A DNA stretch of 64,000 bases from a bacterium (GCA_037127795.1 JBAXXQ010000001.1:144252-208251); one strand, 5' to 3'. Positions 36,629-46,357 are shown, counted from the first letter of the stretch. Translations and numbers: made by a program. The notes: a model not told the origin generated them from the sequence alone.

Positions 36629-37030
36629 TATCTTTCCGTCGATTTTTTTAGCAATAAAAAAGTAGACGAAAGATCGTGTGGCGTAAGTCACAAAAACAGA
36701 GGAATGATCATTGAAAATATAATATAGCTTTGACTGGTAGAAATACCGGTTTTCCGCGAAAAAGTATTTTCGATATTGTTCCGTGCGGGGTCATCATTGT
36801 AGCTACGATGATGGTTTCGTTATCGGCCCTGTCGACATGGCAGATTATCTTTTTGTTCTCCGTAAGTAGAATGCTAAGTAAACTGTCTAGTACTTAAAAA
36901 ACAAAGATCTTAAACCGTTTCTTTTCGAGTGTGATAAAGACACTTTACTAGAGACACACTACGCACATATTTAGTGTTGTCGACACTTCACAAATAAACA
37001 TGTCGCGTCTTATAAAAATTTAAACACATT

Positions 37031-40000
37031 ATGAATATCAAAAAATTCGCAGGAGTTTCTTTGGTGGCAATGTTTGCAATTGCTTCAGTAGCAGGTGCAA
37101 CTACATACACATTTACAAAGACTCTCAAGCAAGGTTCAAAAGGTGCAGACGTTAAGAATCTCCAAAAGTTTCTTAATGAATGCCCTGACACAAAGGTAAC
37201 AGCAGCTGGAAAGGAAACAACTTCTTTCGGTGCTGGTACAAAGAAAGCAGTAATTGCTTTCCAAAAGAAGAATGGTCTTCCTACAACAGGAACATTCGGA
37301 CCAGCTTCAGCAGCAGCAGCTGTTAAAGCACAAGCCGCAAAAGATGTTTGTGCTCCTATCGTAGCTTCAACTACAACAGGTTCAACAACTTCTACAGGAA
37401 CAACAACTACAGTAACTGGTCCTATCTCAGTTGCATTGTCTTCAGACAATCCAGCAGCAGGAACAGTTGTTGCAGGTCAAGCAACTGCAGATTTGATGCA
37501 TGTTACATTCACAGGAACAGGTACAGTTAACTCTGTAACTCTTTCACGTGGTGGCATCTCAGATTCAAGTACACTCTCAGCAGTATACTTGTACGATGGA
37601 GTAACTCGTCTTACAGACGGATACTCATTCAACACAGCAGGAACACTTACAATCAACAACCTCAACATTGCAGTAAATGGTTCAAAGACTATTTCTGTAA
37701 AGGCTGATGTTTACGGTAGTACAACTTCATATGATATCTACACAACTCTTACAGGGTTCTCAGTAGGTACATCTGCAAGTACCGTAGCAATCAAGGGTAA
37801 TGATTTTTACGTTGCTTCTGGTACAGGAACTCTTGCTTCAATCAGTCTTTCTGGTACACAGCAAGTTTCAACAAATGCTTCTGTAAATGCAGGTCAAACA
37901 AACTATGCAGTTTGGAGACAAGCTTTCCAAGTTAATACACGTGCTTTGAGTCTCAAAGCAGCAAACTTCCGTATTTCAGGCTCAGCACCAGCTGATGCTC
38001 TTGCAAATGTAGGTTTGTACATCGATGGTGTTAAGACTGGAAACAATGCTTCAATGACATCAATGAATGGTTCAAACTACCTTTCATTCGATATGTCAGC
38101 AATGCCAGTTTCACTTTCAACAGGAACACACACAGTTGAAGTTCGTGCAGACGTTGTAAAGGGATCAAGTTTCTCATTTACAGTTTCTCTACAACAAGCT
38201 TCTGACTTGATGGTTATGGATCCACAAGTTGGTGTTAACCTTACAATCTCATCATTTACAGCAAGTACAGCTGGCACAATCACAATTGGTGCTGGTTCAT
38301 ACACTGTAAACAATGATGTTAAATTCAATTCATTAACAAATATTACAGCAGGTGTTTCAAATGCCGTTATTGCTAAATATACTGTTCATGGGTATGGAGA
38401 AAATGTAAAAGTTACATCAATTAATGTAACTCCAGTTCTTGCTGGTACAGTTCTTCCAGGTGGTGCAGCAGGTCTCCAAAACGTAGCATTGTTCTTCAAT
38501 GGCTCACAAATTGGTGCTAATACTGCAAACTGGACATCAGGTGCAATTACATTTACACCTGGTTCACAATTGATGATCCCTGCAAATGCAGATAGTACAA
38601 TCGAAGTTCACGCAGATCTCCGAAATACATCAGGTGTTTCATACACAGGTGGTATCGTTTCTGCAAACCTCGGTTCTATTGTTTCAGAAGGATTTAACTC
38701 ACACTCAAATGTGACAGCTCCTTCTCTACCATCAGGACACACACTTACTATGCAAGCAGGAGCTCTAACAGTTGCAAAGAATGGAAACTATTCTAACCAA
38801 ACTGTTAGTTCAAATGCTATCGATCAAAAGATTGGTTCATTTGTATTCCAAAATACAAGTTCTTCAGACTCTGTACGTGTAACTTCACTCTTGGTAAACC
38901 CAATTGGTACTGGTTCAGCTCTTACTACAGATCTTTCAGGACTTAAAGTTGCTGGAACATTTTCAGATGGTACAGTTGCATTCGCACCTACATCTCCACA
39001 ACAACCAGCAAGTTCAAACACATTCTCAGTTGACTTCACTTTGACACCTGGTCAAACAGCAACTATCGATGTGCTTGCAAGTACAAACTCAAATAACAAT
39101 ATCAATGTAATTCCTACATTGGTAGCTACAGCAATTAGTTCAAACATTGGTGTAAGTCAAAATGGAAATGGTACAGCAGTAATAGGTCAAACAATCACAA
39201 TTAATTCTGGTTCTTTGACAAACTCAGCTACAACACCTTCATTCCTAGCTTCAAACTCAACACCTACTTCATACCTCGCATCACCTGCAGGTAAAGTAGA
39301 TGCTACAAAAGCTACTTACTCATTCAGTGCTACTGGTGGTGCAGCAACAATCTCAGAACTCAAGTTCCAAGTAACTGGTTCTGATGCTTCACCTTCATAC
39401 ACTGTAACAAGTGTTAAGGTTGGTACAGTTTCAGCTCCTGTAGTAGGTGGCGTTGCATGGTTGCAAAACCTTAGTATCCCTGTTGCAAACGGTGGTACAG
39501 GTACAAACATTGATGCATACGTATCTTACTCAACAGTTGGACAAGCTGGTACAGCTAGTGTAACTTCAGGTGTAACTTCATCTATAGCTCTCTATATGGT
39601 GAAATACACAAGTGGTGGAGTAACAACAACTCTTGGAAATGGTGGTACAGCCTTTACAAACGGCTCACTTTCTTCAAACACAGTTACTCTTGCAGCTGCA
39701 ACTCCTACAGTTAAGAAGACATCTTCACCAACTTCAGTTGGTGTAGGTACAACTACAAACTTGAAGGTTGGTACAATTGCTGTTACAGCAAATGACGGAG
39801 ATATTACAATTGGAGTAATTCCAGTAAACTTCTCAAGTCTTGGTACAAACGCAAACTGGACTGTTAAAGTTAACGGTACAGTTCCAACAGGTGTTGTTGT
39901 AACTCAAAACAATACTTCAGCTCTTACATTCGCAAATGGATACCAAATTTCAAAAGGAAATACAGTTTCATTTGACTTGTATGCTGATGTAACAAACAGT

Positions 40001-40135
40001 GGAACATCTTCAGGAAACGTTGACGTTTCTCTTGGAGCAAATGCTTCATTCAAATGGTCAGATATCATTGATGGTACAACAACAAGTGCTTCAATGACAA
40101 AGACTGGTACAAACCTTACAACATACAACCAATAA
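37031..40135 (+). CDS. large secreted cell-surface protein with N-terminal peptidoglycan-binding domain and Ser/Thr/Gly-rich beta-rich body
   Basis: Signal peptide (MNIKKFAGVSLVAMFAIASVAGA); PG_binding_1-like segment (GSKGADVKNLQKFLN...AVIAFQKKNGLPTTGTFGP); then about 900 aa of low-complexity T/S/G/A/N/V-rich sequence; no Cys. Confidence 0.7.
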   Translation: MNIKKFAGVSLVAMFAIASVAGATTYTFTKTLKQGSKGADVKNLQKFLNECPDTKVTAAGKETTSFGAGTKKAVIAFQKKNGLPTTGTFGPASAAAAVKAQAAKDVCAPIVASTTTGSTTSTGTTTTVTGPISVALSSDNPAAGTVVAGQATADLMHVTFTGTGTVNSVTLSRGGISDSSTLSAVYLYDGVTRLTDGYSFNTAGTLTINNLNIAVNGSKTISVKADVYGSTTSYDIYTTLTGFSVGTSASTVAIKGNDFYVASGTGTLASISLSGTQQVSTNASVNAGQTNYAVWRQAFQVNTRALSLKAANFRISGSAPADALANVGLYIDGVKTGNNASMTSMNGSNYLSFDMSAMPVSLSTGTHTVEVRADVVKGSSFSFTVSLQQASDLMVMDPQVGVNLTISSFTASTAGTITIGAGSYTVNNDVKFNSLTNITAGVSNAVIAKYTVHGYGENVKVTSINVTPVLAGTVLPGGAAGLQNVALFFNGSQIGANTANWTSGAITFTPGSQLMIPANADSTIEVHADLRNTSGVSYTGGIVSANLGSIVSEGFNSHSNVTAPSLPSGHTLTMQAGALTVAKNGNYSNQTVSSNAIDQKIGSFVFQNTSSSDSVRVTSLLVNPIGTGSALTTDLSGLKVAGTFSDGTVAFAPTSPQQPASSNTFSVDFTLTPGQTATIDVLASTNSNNNINVIPTLVATAISSNIGVSQNGNGTAVIGQTITINSGSLTNSATTPSFLASNSTPTSYLASPAGKVDATKATYSFSATGGAATISELKFQVTGSDASPSYTVTSVKVGTVSAPVVGGVAWLQNLSIPVANGGTGTNIDAYVSYSTVGQAGTASVTSGVTSSIALYMVKYTSGGVTTTLGNGGTAFTNGSLSSNTVTLAAATPTVKKTSSPTSVGVGTTTNLKVGTIAVTANDGDITIGVIPVNFSSLGTNANWTVKVNGTVPTGVVVTQNNTSALTFANGYQISKGNTVSFDLYADVTNSGTSSGNVDVSLGANASFKWSDIIDGTTTSASMTKTGTNLTTYNQ

Positions 40136-40188
40136 TCTTTAGATTATAATTGTACGTAGTGAGAATGTTTCTCGAAACATAAAATCGA

Positions 40189-40222
40189 AACAAAAAACCA
40201 CTCCGCAAGGGGTGGTTTTTTG
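40189..40222 (+). terminator. Rho-independent terminator
   Basis: aaaaaaccactccgcaaggggtggttttttg after the surface-protein gene; a 7-bp inverted repeat atgtttctcgaaacat lies just upstream. Confidence 0.75.
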
Positions 40223-40269
40223 TTTTTGAAACCTTTTGACTTTTTAGTACGTATATATATTATATAGAT

Positions 40270-41283
40270 ATGAAAAAGAATTCTAATTCCTCTCGTGGGG
40301 TAGCCCAAATAATACTGTTATGTTTAGTAATAGGGGTTATAATAGGAATTCTTATTGGATATTTTATTAAAAAACCATCTGTTAATACTACGTATGCTGT
40401 TCGCGAAAAAACAAATGAATTTAAATTTATAAAGCCATTATTGGTGGTAGAAAATACCAATACCGCACCAAGCCCACAGTATCAATCTTTGTATGATACG
40501 ATCCAAAGCTATATAAAAACACATAGTGATACTGTTGATAAAACTTCTGTGTATCTTATCGACTATGGACAAGATGGGGGAAGATTTATTATTAATGGAA
40601 GTGATCAGTATTATCCTTCTAGTTTGATGAAGGTGGTAGTTATGATTGCGTATTTCAAAAAGACAGAAACAGACCCAAATATTTTGAATACCCAATTGGT
40701 ATACCAGAGTGCTATCGAGCAAACATTACAAGAAAATACTTTTAACTCTCCAACAACACTAGAAGTAGGGAGGTCTTATACTGTCTCAGAGCTTATTGAT
40801 AATATGATTACCAATTCTGATAATGGCGCAATGAATCTTTTGATTGATAATCTTGGGTATAAACAATTAAATACTATATATAGCGATCTTGGACTTTCTG
40901 CTCCTAGTCCTGATGGAAATGATTATACTATTTCTGTAAAAGATTATTCTTTATTCTTTAGAATTTTGTATAACGCAACATATCTTTCTCCTGAAATGTC
41001 AGAGAGGGCTCTTTCTATACTTAGTAAGGCAACATTTACTGATGGACTTGTAACAGGAATTCCAAAAGATACTCTTACTGCACATAAGTTTGGAGAGCAT
41101 GTATTTAGTACTGATGGAAAAAATATCGATGCAGTAGAGCTTCATGATTGCGGTATTGTATACACATCAAATCATCCATACTTTTTGTGTATCATGACTC
41201 ATGGAGATTCATTAGACGCTCTCAAGAAGATTATTGGTGATATATCGAAAATGGTATATGTAGGAGTTGTAAAGGATAAGTAA
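40270..41283 (+). CDS. membrane-anchored serine hydrolase, class A beta-lactamase-like
   Basis: N-terminal TM; SxxK (SSLMKV), SDN loop (NSDNGAMNLL) and KTG-like (HKFGEH) elements in the correct order. Confidence 0.55.
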   Translation: MKKNSNSSRGVAQIILLCLVIGVIIGILIGYFIKKPSVNTTYAVREKTNEFKFIKPLLVVENTNTAPSPQYQSLYDTIQSYIKTHSDTVDKTSVYLIDYGQDGGRFIINGSDQYYPSSLMKVVVMIAYFKKTETDPNILNTQLVYQSAIEQTLQENTFNSPTTLEVGRSYTVSELIDNMITNSDNGAMNLLIDNLGYKQLNTIYSDLGLSAPSPDGNDYTISVKDYSLFFRILYNATYLSPEMSERALSILSKATFTDGLVTGIPKDTLTAHKFGEHVFSTDGKNIDAVELHDCGIVYTSNHPYFLCIMTHGDSLDALKKIIGDISKMVYVGVVKDK

Positions 41284-41321
41284 TATTGTGCGCTCCTATA
41301 TATCTCTGCTACACTATAGAA

Positions 41322-41828
41322 ATGAAGAAATATCTGATTATTGGAATTATAGTACTTGTAGGAATATGTGTTGGGGTATTTTTGTATGTAGAAAAAAATA
41401 GCCCTATTATATCTTTTATACAAGCACCAAAAACAACAGATACTGCAACTCAAGTAGGCACTGATAAAAAAGCGGTACTCATAGATGATAGTGGAGACTC
41501 AAAAGCCCGTCTTGCATCGCCACTTGATTTATTAATACGGTCAAATCAAACACGACTCAGCTATGATCAAGCAGTAGATTTATATAAAGAGAAAACAGTT
41601 ACTTTTGGAGCTGATTGTCAGATTGCAAAAGGGAGTACTACGTCGTTTGTATATAACAATGAAATAATGCTTGATAATAAAGATATTCATCCAATATTTG
41701 TTCAAATTGGAGATCTTCCGTTTGCGCTTGGTCCTCGAGATTTTGCATTTCTTATACTCAAACAAAAAGGTCCTATTTCTGTAGATTGTAATGATAAAAA
41801 GAATGTCATGATGTTACAGGTACAGTAG
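41322..41828 (+). CDS. hypothetical membrane-anchored protein (tandem paralog A)
   Basis: N-terminal TM, 180-aa ORF; C-terminal block ...VDCNDKKNVMMLQVQ matches ...VDCNNQQNVTTIVVQK of the next gene. Confidence 0.45.
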   Translation: MKKYLIIGIIVLVGICVGVFLYVEKNSPIISFIQAPKTTDTATQVGTDKKAVLIDDSGDSKARLASPLDLLIRSNQTRLSYDQAVDLYKEKTVTFGADCQIAKGSTTSFVYNNEIMLDNKDIHPIFVQIGDLPFALGPRDFAFLILKQKGPISVDCNDKKNVMMLQVQ

Positions 41829-41834
41829 TCTCTT

Positions 41835-42377
41835 TTGCAAAATAATGGTTTTATGGTAATGTATAGTCCTATGAAATCATTAATACAGAAATTGAAAAAC
41901 GTTCCAAAGAATATATGGTTGCTTATCGGCGCGGTAGCAGCAGTAGTAATTGTGGTATTGGTAGTACGTGCTTTTATGCACCGTCGCCCCGAAGCACCTG
42001 TTGCTGATGTAGTACCAGATGTACAAATCCAAAACCCAGACCAACAAACAGCACCAGTAGTAATGCACGGACGTCGTCGCCGTCATGCAGATGCTGTAGC
42101 TATGGCTGCATACACTCCTACAGTAGAGCAATACTTCAACAATCGTATTCAATTTGGTAATGCTTGCCAAGCAATGCCTACAACTTCTACATACAAAGTA
42201 GGAACAGATATTTTGCTTGATAACAGATCAGCAGATGCTGCTACTATCGTAATTGGTGGACAAACATACAAACTCGGTAGTTATGGATTCCAAGTTGCAC
42301 ACCTTACCACAGAAGGAACTTTCCTTGTTGATTGTAATAACCAACAAAACGTAACAACAATCGTTGTACAAAAATAA
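41835..42377 (+). CDS. hypothetical membrane-anchored protein (tandem paralog B)
   Basis: Same length and architecture as 41322-41828, with conserved Cys pair and DN/LLDN blocks. Confidence 0.45.
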   Translation: MQNNGFMVMYSPMKSLIQKLKNVPKNIWLLIGAVAAVVIVVLVVRAFMHRRPEAPVADVVPDVQIQNPDQQTAPVVMHGRRRRHADAVAMAAYTPTVEQYFNNRIQFGNACQAMPTTSTYKVGTDILLDNRSADAATIVIGGQTYKLGSYGFQVAHLTTEGTFLVDCNNQQNVTTIVVQK

Positions 42378-42392
42378 TAGACCATAATATAA

Positions 42393-42424
42393 AAACACCC
42401 TTGTTTATACAAGGGTGTTTTTAT
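42393..42424 (+). terminator. terminator hairpin (AAAAACACCCT family)
   Basis: aaaaacacccttgtttatacaagggtgtttttatata. Confidence 0.7.
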
Positions 42425-42436
42425 ATACTAAACAGT

Positions 42437-42868
42437 ATGAATCATGAAATACATGCAGCAGTACAGGAGTATTTTGTACTTGCGTATGGCGATTTAATTC
42501 CAAATCATACAGAATTATTATCGTTGTTTATTGTACAAAGTATACGACATGAAAATCACCCACATCATGCATATACTGTTTGTATATCAAGAAGGTCTTT
42601 GAAACATTTTATTGAAAGCAGAAAAAGAGATTTAGGAAAAAATCATACAGAAAAAGACATGCTCGATATGATACTTTTTGCTGTTGATTCTATACCTGAA
42701 GTTATTACAAATTTTGATTATTATGAATATGAACCACCGATAAAACATTTCTATACCAAAGAATACTCTCATTTTGGTAAGCCGTCTGTTCGAATACTGG
42801 TGCATATAAAAAATGACGTATTAGAAATAGTTTCTATTCACTTTAAAAAGACAAAAAAGAAAATATAA
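42437..42868 (+). CDS. hypothetical protein (orphan bracketed by two near-identical hairpins)
   Basis: About 143 aa from the MNHEIH start; His-rich and basic, no motifs; flanked by hairpins at 42393 and 42868. Confidence 0.4.
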   Translation: MNHEIHAAVQEYFVLAYGDLIPNHTELLSLFIVQSIRHENHPHHAYTVCISRRSLKHFIESRKRDLGKNHTEKDMLDMILFAVDSIPEVITNFDYYEYEPPIKHFYTKEYSHFGKPSVRILVHIKNDVLEIVSIHFKKTKKKI

Positions 42869-42900
42869 AAACACCAGCTTTTGATGGCTGGTGTTTTTAT
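42868..42900 (+). terminator. terminator hairpin (AAAAACACC family)
   Basis: aaaaacaccagcttttgatggctggtgtttttatata; shares stem start and the tttttatata tail with 42393. Confidence 0.7.
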
Positions 42901-43049
42901 ATAGCTCGAGGTGACGGCAGATACAATAAAGCATCATTTCACCTATGAGTACAATTTACATTGTCCGCAGCAAGCCGATAAATTTTCTGTCGTCAAGCTA
43001 TGTACATATACTATAATGTTGCGATTTTTTTTGCAAGTAGATATACTCT

Positions 43050-44648
43050 TTGTATATGCATAAAAAGAATGTTGGTATTTCTTTTATTAGTGTACTCATT
43101 TTTATTTTTTGTTTTTTCTCCTCCTCAAAAGTATACGCAGTAAGTCTCACGAGTGATTTTGTAGTTACTGGTGGAGCTGATGTGAGTACTGGTACTGCGG
43201 CGATTTTTACCAATAATGGTCCCAAAAGTGATATTGTAAAACTTGACGCTATAGATAATACACGTATTCAAAGTAATGCAGTAAGCTGGCCAGCAGGGGA
43301 GTCTTATGAAGAAGATAAATATATTGAGTTTCTTTTTTCTCCAAATATTCCAAGTACAGCGACAATAGAGCGGGTAACTCTTTCACACAAATTTAGACGG
43401 TCAGGGTCTCTCGGTGGGGCAAAGCTCGAAGTCTGGGACGGAGCACAATTTACCGATATGCCGCTTACCACAGGTACAGAAAATATAGATCACACAGATA
43501 CGCTTGATGTGACTTCTTTTATACATACTCCAGAAAAAGTGAATGCGCTCAAAGCGCGTTTTTTGGCATATAGGGGAGACGGGCACACCAAGACAAGTCA
43601 TGATTTTATAGGGGTGCATGTACTATATACTATGCCAGATATAGCTCCTGTTGTTGTCGATGTATCTGTAAACCTCGCTCCAACGGTACAAGATCAAAGT
43701 GTTGTTACGGGTATTGATACGCCTGTAACAATATCTTTACAAACAAGTGATCCAGAAAATGATCCACTTTCTTATTATATTGTCGATACTCCAACAAAAG
43801 GAAGTTTGGGGAATGCGCAAGATAGAAATGTTTTTATATATACACCAAATGGCACTCTCGGAACAGATATGTTTTCTTTTAAGGTGAGTGATGGTTTGAA
43901 TTATAGTAATGTAGGGTATGTAACCATTACCAATACACCTGGAAATGTCTCATTATTATCTATAGATGCAGATACGACAAATCTTTCAACAAAAAATACA
44001 AGTACCATTACCATATATGGACAAGATAATTTTGGAAATGTAAGTACGACAAGTAGTATTCCTATAACAATATCTGCAACAGGGGATGCAGTAGTATCAC
44101 AAACAAATACTAATTTAAGTAACGGCATACAAACTATAACAGTTACAAAACCGACGTCGGGCACTACTACAGTACAAGCAGTATCTGATGGATTTGCTCC
44201 AGTAAGTATTGATTTGGTATTCACTGCACCGATAGAAATTCCGCCTGTAGTAGTTCCTAATATTCCAGATCCAACACCTTCAAGTCCTGAACCTGTAATA
44301 CTACCTGTAGTTGTACATACAAATGGTGGTCATCCGCCAATAGAAACTACCACTACTACACAAACTCAAATAGTAGAAAACACACCAGCACCAGTAATTA
44401 CTCCAAATCAAGTAACACAAGATATTCTGGCACCTCAAAAACCTGTGGCAGTACGTACTATTTCTCATACAAAGCCTACCCCCCAAGTGCAAAGTATTGA
44501 AAATACAATACCAGAACAAAATACTACAGAGCTCACTGCGACAGCAGAAACAGGAAAAAAGATTTCATATAAAATAGGGGTATTTGCAGGGTTTTTGATA
44601 GGTATTGTAGGTATTAGTATATGGCGCCTCTATAAAAAGGCTTCTTAA
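43050..44648 (+). CDS. cell-surface protein with Ig/cadherin-like domains, Pro/Thr-rich stalk and C-terminal TM anchor
   Basis: Signal peptide, cadherin-like block (VNLAPTVQDQSVVTGIDTPVTISLQTSDPENDPLSYYIVDTPTKGSLG), P/T-rich linker, C-terminal TM IGVFAGFLIGIVGISIWRLYKK. Confidence 0.6.
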   Translation: MYMHKKNVGISFISVLIFIFCFFSSSKVYAVSLTSDFVVTGGADVSTGTAAIFTNNGPKSDIVKLDAIDNTRIQSNAVSWPAGESYEEDKYIEFLFSPNIPSTATIERVTLSHKFRRSGSLGGAKLEVWDGAQFTDMPLTTGTENIDHTDTLDVTSFIHTPEKVNALKARFLAYRGDGHTKTSHDFIGVHVLYTMPDIAPVVVDVSVNLAPTVQDQSVVTGIDTPVTISLQTSDPENDPLSYYIVDTPTKGSLGNAQDRNVFIYTPNGTLGTDMFSFKVSDGLNYSNVGYVTITNTPGNVSLLSIDADTTNLSTKNTSTITIYGQDNFGNVSTTSSIPITISATGDAVVSQTNTNLSNGIQTITVTKPTSGTTTVQAVSDGFAPVSIDLVFTAPIEIPPVVVPNIPDPTPSSPEPVILPVVVHTNGGHPPIETTTTTQTQIVENTPAPVITPNQVTQDILAPQKPVAVRTISHTKPTPQVQSIENTIPEQNTTELTATAETGKKISYKIGVFAGFLIGIVGISIWRLYKKAS

Positions 44649-44655
44649 TTGCAAA

Positions 44656-44682
44656 AACAAGGTTTTGTGGTAGTATGTGTCT
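44656..44682 (+). promoter_or_regulatory. promoter for rplJ-rplL (TTGCAA, 16-17 nt spacer, TGG-TAGTAT)
   Basis: ttgcaaaaacaaggttttgtggtagtatg about 95 nt upstream of rplJ; the intervening leader could be an L10 autoregulatory leader. Confidence 0.5.
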
Positions 44683-44774
44683 TGTAGATTAGAGACAGTA
44701 GGGAGCACCTAGGTGCGTAATATAAATGTCCTACCGAAATCATTTCTACATATTATCAGTACCTTATAAAAATT

Positions 44775-45257
44775 ATGGCAATTACAAAAGAGAAAAAACA
44801 ATCTATTGTTGCCGAATTCAAAGATTTGCTCGACGGTGCAGAATCAGTAGTATTTGTGAATTTTCACAAAATGACTGTGGCACAAAGTGGTGCATTCCGC
44901 CGCGCACTTCGCGCAGAGGGTGTAGACTTCAAAGTTGGTAAAAAGACCTTGCTCAAGCGTGTACTTGATACCAAAGGAATCACTGGAGAACTTCCAGCTC
45001 TCGATGGTGAGATCGGTATCGCTGTAGCAAAAGATTTGCTCGCACCAGCACGTGCAGTATATACATTCCAAAAAGCTACAAAATCTGTAGATATCGTTGG
45101 TGGTATTTTTGAAGGAAGTTACAAAAACAAACAAGAGATGCTCGCGATTGCAACAATTCCTTCACGTGAAGTATTGCTTTCACAAATCGCATACTTGCTC
45201 AAGAGTCCAATTCAGCGACTTGCGATCGCAGTTAGTGAAGTTGCAAAGACAAAATAA
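44775..45257 (+). CDS. rplJ: 50S ribosomal protein L10
   Basis: MAITKEKKQSIVAEFKDLLDGAESVVFVNFHKMTVAQSGAFRRALRAEGVDFKVGKKTL is a typical L10 N-terminus. Confidence 0.9.
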   Translation: MAITKEKKQSIVAEFKDLLDGAESVVFVNFHKMTVAQSGAFRRALRAEGVDFKVGKKTLLKRVLDTKGITGELPALDGEIGIAVAKDLLAPARAVYTFQKATKSVDIVGGIFEGSYKNKQEMLAIATIPSREVLLSQIAYLLKSPIQRLAIAVSEVAKTK

Positions 45258-45282
45258 TTAATAAATTAATATAAAAAATAGT

Positions 45283-45648
45283 ATGGCAAAATTTGATTCA
45301 TTTCTAACTGAGCTCGAAGGGGCATCAGTACTCGAACTCAACGAGCTTGTAAAAGCAATTGAGGAAAAATTTGGTGTATCTGCAGCAGCAGTTGCAGCAG
45401 CACCAGCAGCAGGCGCAGGAGAAGCGGCAGAAGTTAAAGATAGCTTCACTGTAGTTCTCGCATCAGCTGGCGAACAAAAGATCGCAGTTATGAAAGTTGT
45501 TAAGGAAGCTCTCGGTCTTGGTCTCAAAGAGGCTAAAGATATCGTTGATGGCGCACCAGCAACTCTTAAAGATGGTATGAAGAAAGAAGAAGCAGAAGCC
45601 CTCAAAAAAGCTGTTGAGGAAGCAGGCGGAAAGGTAGAATTGAAATAA
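45283..45648 (+). CDS. rplL: 50S ribosomal protein L7/L12
   Basis: Ala-rich hinge plus a conserved CTD ([27 protein letters not shown]...[19 protein letters not shown]). Confidence 0.95.
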   Translation: MAKFDSFLTELEGASVLELNELVKAIEEKFGVSAAAVAAAPAAGAGEAAEVKDSFTVVLASAGEQKIAVMKVVKEALGLGLKEAKDIVDGAPATLKDGMKKEEAEALKKAVEEAGGKVELK

Positions 45649-45679
45649 TTCAATAAAAACCAATTTTCTTTATGAAATA

Positions 45680-45715
45680 CGGGCCCCCTTGTTGGCAAGG
45701 GGGCCCGTTTCGTAT
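45680..45715 (+). terminator. GC-rich terminator hairpin after rplL
   Basis: acgggcccccttgttggcaagggggcccgtttcgtat; unusually GC-rich for this genome. Confidence 0.7.
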
Positions 45716-45724
45716 AATAGGGGT

Positions 45725-46357
45725 ATGGATATTTTATCAAAATTATTGGGAGGGGTACCACGGGTCAAGATTATGCGCCTCTTTTTACTCAACCCAGAGC
45801 AGGCATTTTGCCTTGAGGATATTACAGATCGATCTCGTATGCAGGGTGCGCTTGCACGTCGGACACTTACACAGCTTGTTGGCATGTCTTTGGTAAAAAA
45901 GAAAAGCTTTATAAAGGAGGTTACAGATGCGCGTAATGGCAAGATAAAAAAGAAGCGCGTACAAGGGTGGATACTAAATACAGATTTCCCGTATATTAGT
46001 GAACTCAAACAATTACTCGTAGAGGGAGAGTTCTTCAAAAACGAAGACGTTGTTCGTCGATTCAAACCAGCAGGAAGAATTCAATTTCTCGTAGTGTCAG
46101 GACTTTTTATCCAACATAGTGGTAGTCGCCTTGATTTGCTTATAGTAGGGGACAATCTTCGTCGCAGTTATATTCAAAAGACTGTTTCTGTACTTGAAAG
46201 CGAGCTTGGTAAAGAGCTTACCTATGTGGTTTTTGAGGTTGCAGATTTCAAATACCGCGTGTCTATGTATGACAAACTTCTTCGGGATATGTTTGACTTC
46301 CCACATGAGCGACTTATCGCTGGAAAAGACTTTGTGCACTTTTCATTCCCAAATTAA
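45725..46357 (+). CDS. hypothetical protein with N-terminal winged-helix-like segment
   Basis: VPRVKIMRLFLLNPEQAFCLEDITDRS resembles an ArsR/PadR-type wHTH; C-terminal domain unassigned. Confidence 0.4.
   Translation: MDILSKLLGGVPRVKIMRLFLLNPEQAFCLEDITDRSRMQGALARRTLTQLVGMSLVKKKSFIKEVTDARNGKIKKKRVQGWILNTDFPYISELKQLLVEGEFFKNEDVVRRFKPAGRIQFLVVSGLFIQHSGSRLDLLIVGDNLRRSYIQKTVSVLESELGKELTYVVFEVADFKYRVSMYDKLLRDMFDFPHERLIAGKDFVHFSFPN

Noticed and set aside
40270-41283. Calling the class A beta-lactamase-like gene an antibiotic-resistance beta-lactamase
   Set aside because: It is membrane-anchored, lies in a cell-envelope gene context and has a degenerate KTG (KFG); it is more consistent with a PBP-like or peptidoglycan hydrolase.
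44683-44774. Possible L10 (rplJ) autoregulatory leader RNA
   Set aside because: Position and length fit, but I could not verify the characteristic structure by eye, so it is mentioned only under the promoter feature.
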